NCBI RefSeq assembly: GCF_041956535.1
Contig: NW_027192211.1
Span: forward strand, 211,079-275,078
DNA from: Calcarisporiella thermophila CBS 279.70
Lineage: Eukaryota > Fungi > Calcarisporiellomycota
Length of the DNA: 64,000 bases
Direction: 5' to 3'
How positions within the stretch are numbered: the stretch's first letter is position 1; every line of letters begins with the position of its first letter. The notes below the pieces were generated by a model. It did not search any database. It had not been told where the DNA came from and saw nothing but the letters and a program-made list of their open reading frames with translations. The translations under genes were made by a program, and so were the position numbers. Positions 61,970-64,000 of the stretch are shown piece after piece.

Positions 61970-62390
61970 GCACCCTTTCCATGCGATTGTTTTTGCTCTG
62001 ATATTATCCACCCTTGTTAATAATTTTTTTTATCATATAATTGTTATTTTTATTGAGCTGTCCTTTTTTACCCTTTTTCCCTCTGTTTACTACTCTCATT
62101 ACTGAACACAAACAATTCACAGTATTTATGACAGTTTTTATTTCATATTTTCAAGGAAAATAAAAAAAAAATAGATAAAAATGCAAAAATTGTTTAACAA
62201 TAGGGGGAAAGGGTGAAAAATACAAGAGGTTATAATATACCGTAATGGTATAGAGGTTGATTATATAGAAACGTCAGGAAAAAGTGTTCTAAAGCCAGCA
62301 ATAGATAGTCTAATGTTCGACATCATTCGTTCAGCCCTACAAAAGGTTGGACCCCTTTTCACGTTGACCATAAATCCAAGCCCACTTGAA

Positions 62391-63068
62391 TCATTCATCT
62401 CGTCGCAATCTGCCTTTTTTGGGGGGTGGCTCAAAGTACTCGCCATTTAGCTGAAGCCCAAAATTTAACCCAGAAGCAGAGTGCTGCGCAGCTTCATGTG
62501 GATGCATGTGTAGCCTCCTTTTTAACGAATCTGGACTCATCACTACCCCAATACCACCCTCTGCCCCTTGTGGAATTAAGGCATCGAGTGTTGCGGGATT
62601 TTGATGTTGGTAAGGAGAAGGGGGAACAAAGGTAAATGCTGTTTCGAATCCGAGACCGGCTGTTTCAGCGGAGGGACGCACATCGTTATTCCGGCCAGTT
62701 GATCCCGCATGCTGCTGCTGAGATGGAGGTGCTGGTGAGGTCGAAGCGGGCTGGGAATGATCACGCAATTGGCTAAGCTTCGAACGAGCAAACGCAAGTA
62801 CGTCACCAGCGGGAATGGATTGATGCCATACGTCTCCCTCACTCCCACCTTGATGTTGGCGGTAGGCCTCTATATGGGGATGTGACACGAGATATGCATA
62901 GAGATCCTGAAGACATTGCTCATAGCCGGCCTGATAAGCCCTACGCTGGAGACTGGTTGCCGATTTATAGAGTTGAGTGACAGAGGTTGCAGCGGCACGG
63001 AATGATGAGACAAGAGCTTGCTCTAAATCAGCGTTACTAAAATGATCCTGTGATTGATTAGATTCCAT
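62391..63068 (-). CDS. HAPSTR1/C16orf72-like protein
   Basis: FRAAATSVTQLYK...AYQAGYEQCLQDL motif; C-terminal PPPKKGRLRR NLS-like; family assignment from recall. Confidence 0.65.
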   Translation of the reverse strand: MESNQSQDHFSNADLEQALVSSFRAAATSVTQLYKSATSLQRRAYQAGYEQCLQDLYAYLVSHPHIEAYRQHQGGSEGDVWHQSIPAGDVLAFARSKLSQLRDHSQPASTSPAPPSQQQHAGSTGRNNDVRPSAETAGLGFETAFTFVPPSPYQHQNPATLDALIPQGAEGGIGVVMSPDSLKRRLHMHPHEAAQHSASGLNFGLQLNGEYFEPPPKKGRLRRDE

Positions 63069-63599
63069 TTATCAGAGAAGACAGAGCTCTACTTGGCTCT
63101 AAGTGATCAAGAAGGTTCACGAAAAACTAGTGTTGGATCCCACCATTTACAAACAATAAGACATTAAGCCACAGATATCTAATCTTATTGCTTTGATCTG
63201 CAACTCTGTATAGAGTCCACATTAGAAAATTGAAAATCAGCCCCTAAATATATGCACCCAATGCTAAGAGGGGCTAAGCTACAAAGCAAGCACGACGACT
63301 CTGTTTGCGATAATAATACAGGGTCGATGTGCGTCACCAAAACAGGATCATGGCACAGGTAGGGGAGTAGTGGGAATAGAAGCCAAGATAGCAGCGCCTG
63401 ATGTGTTTGCTATCAGCTGCGATATATCAGTACACAGAAGAAAAACGGGAGAGACGATCATCAATCTCTGCTGTTCCAGAATTCTTGATGGTATTATCGC
63501 TGATATCGTTGATATTTTCTACCTCAATTAAGCTATAAAATGGGACCGAGTGCCCTCCGCATCAAGAGCATTCAACAGCAACAGCGACTAAAAAACAAA

Positions 63600-64000
63600 A
63601 TGTTCAAAAAATCCTTCATTACACTTGCGCTTGCCGCTCTCCTCGCCAATGCCTTCAACCCTGCTCTGGGCGCACCTCTCGCCGAGGAGAATGTAGAAGG
63701 CGTTGAGAGCCCTTTGGCGGAACGCAGTATTGGTATCCTTGGCGGATTGGGAGGTTGGGGAGCATGCAATCCTTGTATCGGATACGGCGGATGGGGATAC
63801 CCCTCCTGTCATAGGCCTTACTACGCTAACAATGCCTACCAAATAAATGCCGCTAATACAGACAACTGCTTCGATCACCGTGCCAACCTTGCCGCCAATG
63901 TGAGGGCAAATGAGCACACAAATGCGGCCAACATGCAAACACCTACAACACCGCTGCTACTAACGCCGTTGTGGCGAAGCGACCAAATTCGTTCGGCGTA
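63600..64000 (+). CDS. Secreted Gly/Cys- then Asn/Ala-rich protein, 3'-partial (absent from ORF track)
   Basis: MFKKSFITLALAALLANAFNPALGAP...PLAER|SIGILGGLGGWGACNPCIGYGGWGYPSCHRPYYANNAYQINAANTDN...; no stop before window end. Confidence 0.8.
   Translation, partial: MFKKSFITLALAALLANAFNPALGAPLAEENVEGVESPLAERSIGILGGLGGWGACNPCIGYGGWGYPSCHRPYYANNAYQINAANTDNCFDHRANLAANVRANEHTNAANMQTPTTPLLLTPLWRSDQIRSA

Noticed and set aside
1-64000. CRISPR arrays, rRNA, tRNA, transposase or retroelement ORFs
   Set aside because: None detected by eye; the sequence is eukaryotic and gene-dense

Overview
Eukaryotic, intron-rich genomic DNA (short GT-AG introns, CTAAC-type branch points) from a fungus, most likely an early-diverging lineage (Mucoromycota/Zoopagomycota-like; inferred from the gene set, e.g. 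MYSM1-like, HAPSTR1-like, HExxHGLGF secreted protease). About 33 genes. Most are housekeeping or regulatory: ValRS, HSF, Msp1-like AAA ATPase, NPC2, MYSM1-like, stomatin, ERT1/AcuK, reticulon, Clr4, NoxA, CTR9, XKS1, ORM, MAF1, FUN19-like, SEC14, mitochondrial carrier, VAM7. The first ~14 kb is GC-rich and the rest AT-rich. The most notable element is a cluster of orphan secreted proteins at 51-59 kb. Two adjacent precursors together carry six copies of a shared, ungapped 44-aa Asn/Asp/Gly-rich module flanked by KR/RR (Kex2-type) sites, a candidate surface-coat or functional-amyloid peptide system. They sit beside two secreted His/acid/Lys-rich polyampholyte proteins, and a fifth Asn/Ala-rich secreted gene starts at the window end. 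Also noted: an intron-containing bacterial-type MscS channel (HGT candidate), a ValRS apparently lacking its C-terminal coiled coil, and a degenerate MITE-like inverted repeat. Gene boundaries were inferred by manual splice-site reading and all family calls are from recognised motifs, not database searches.
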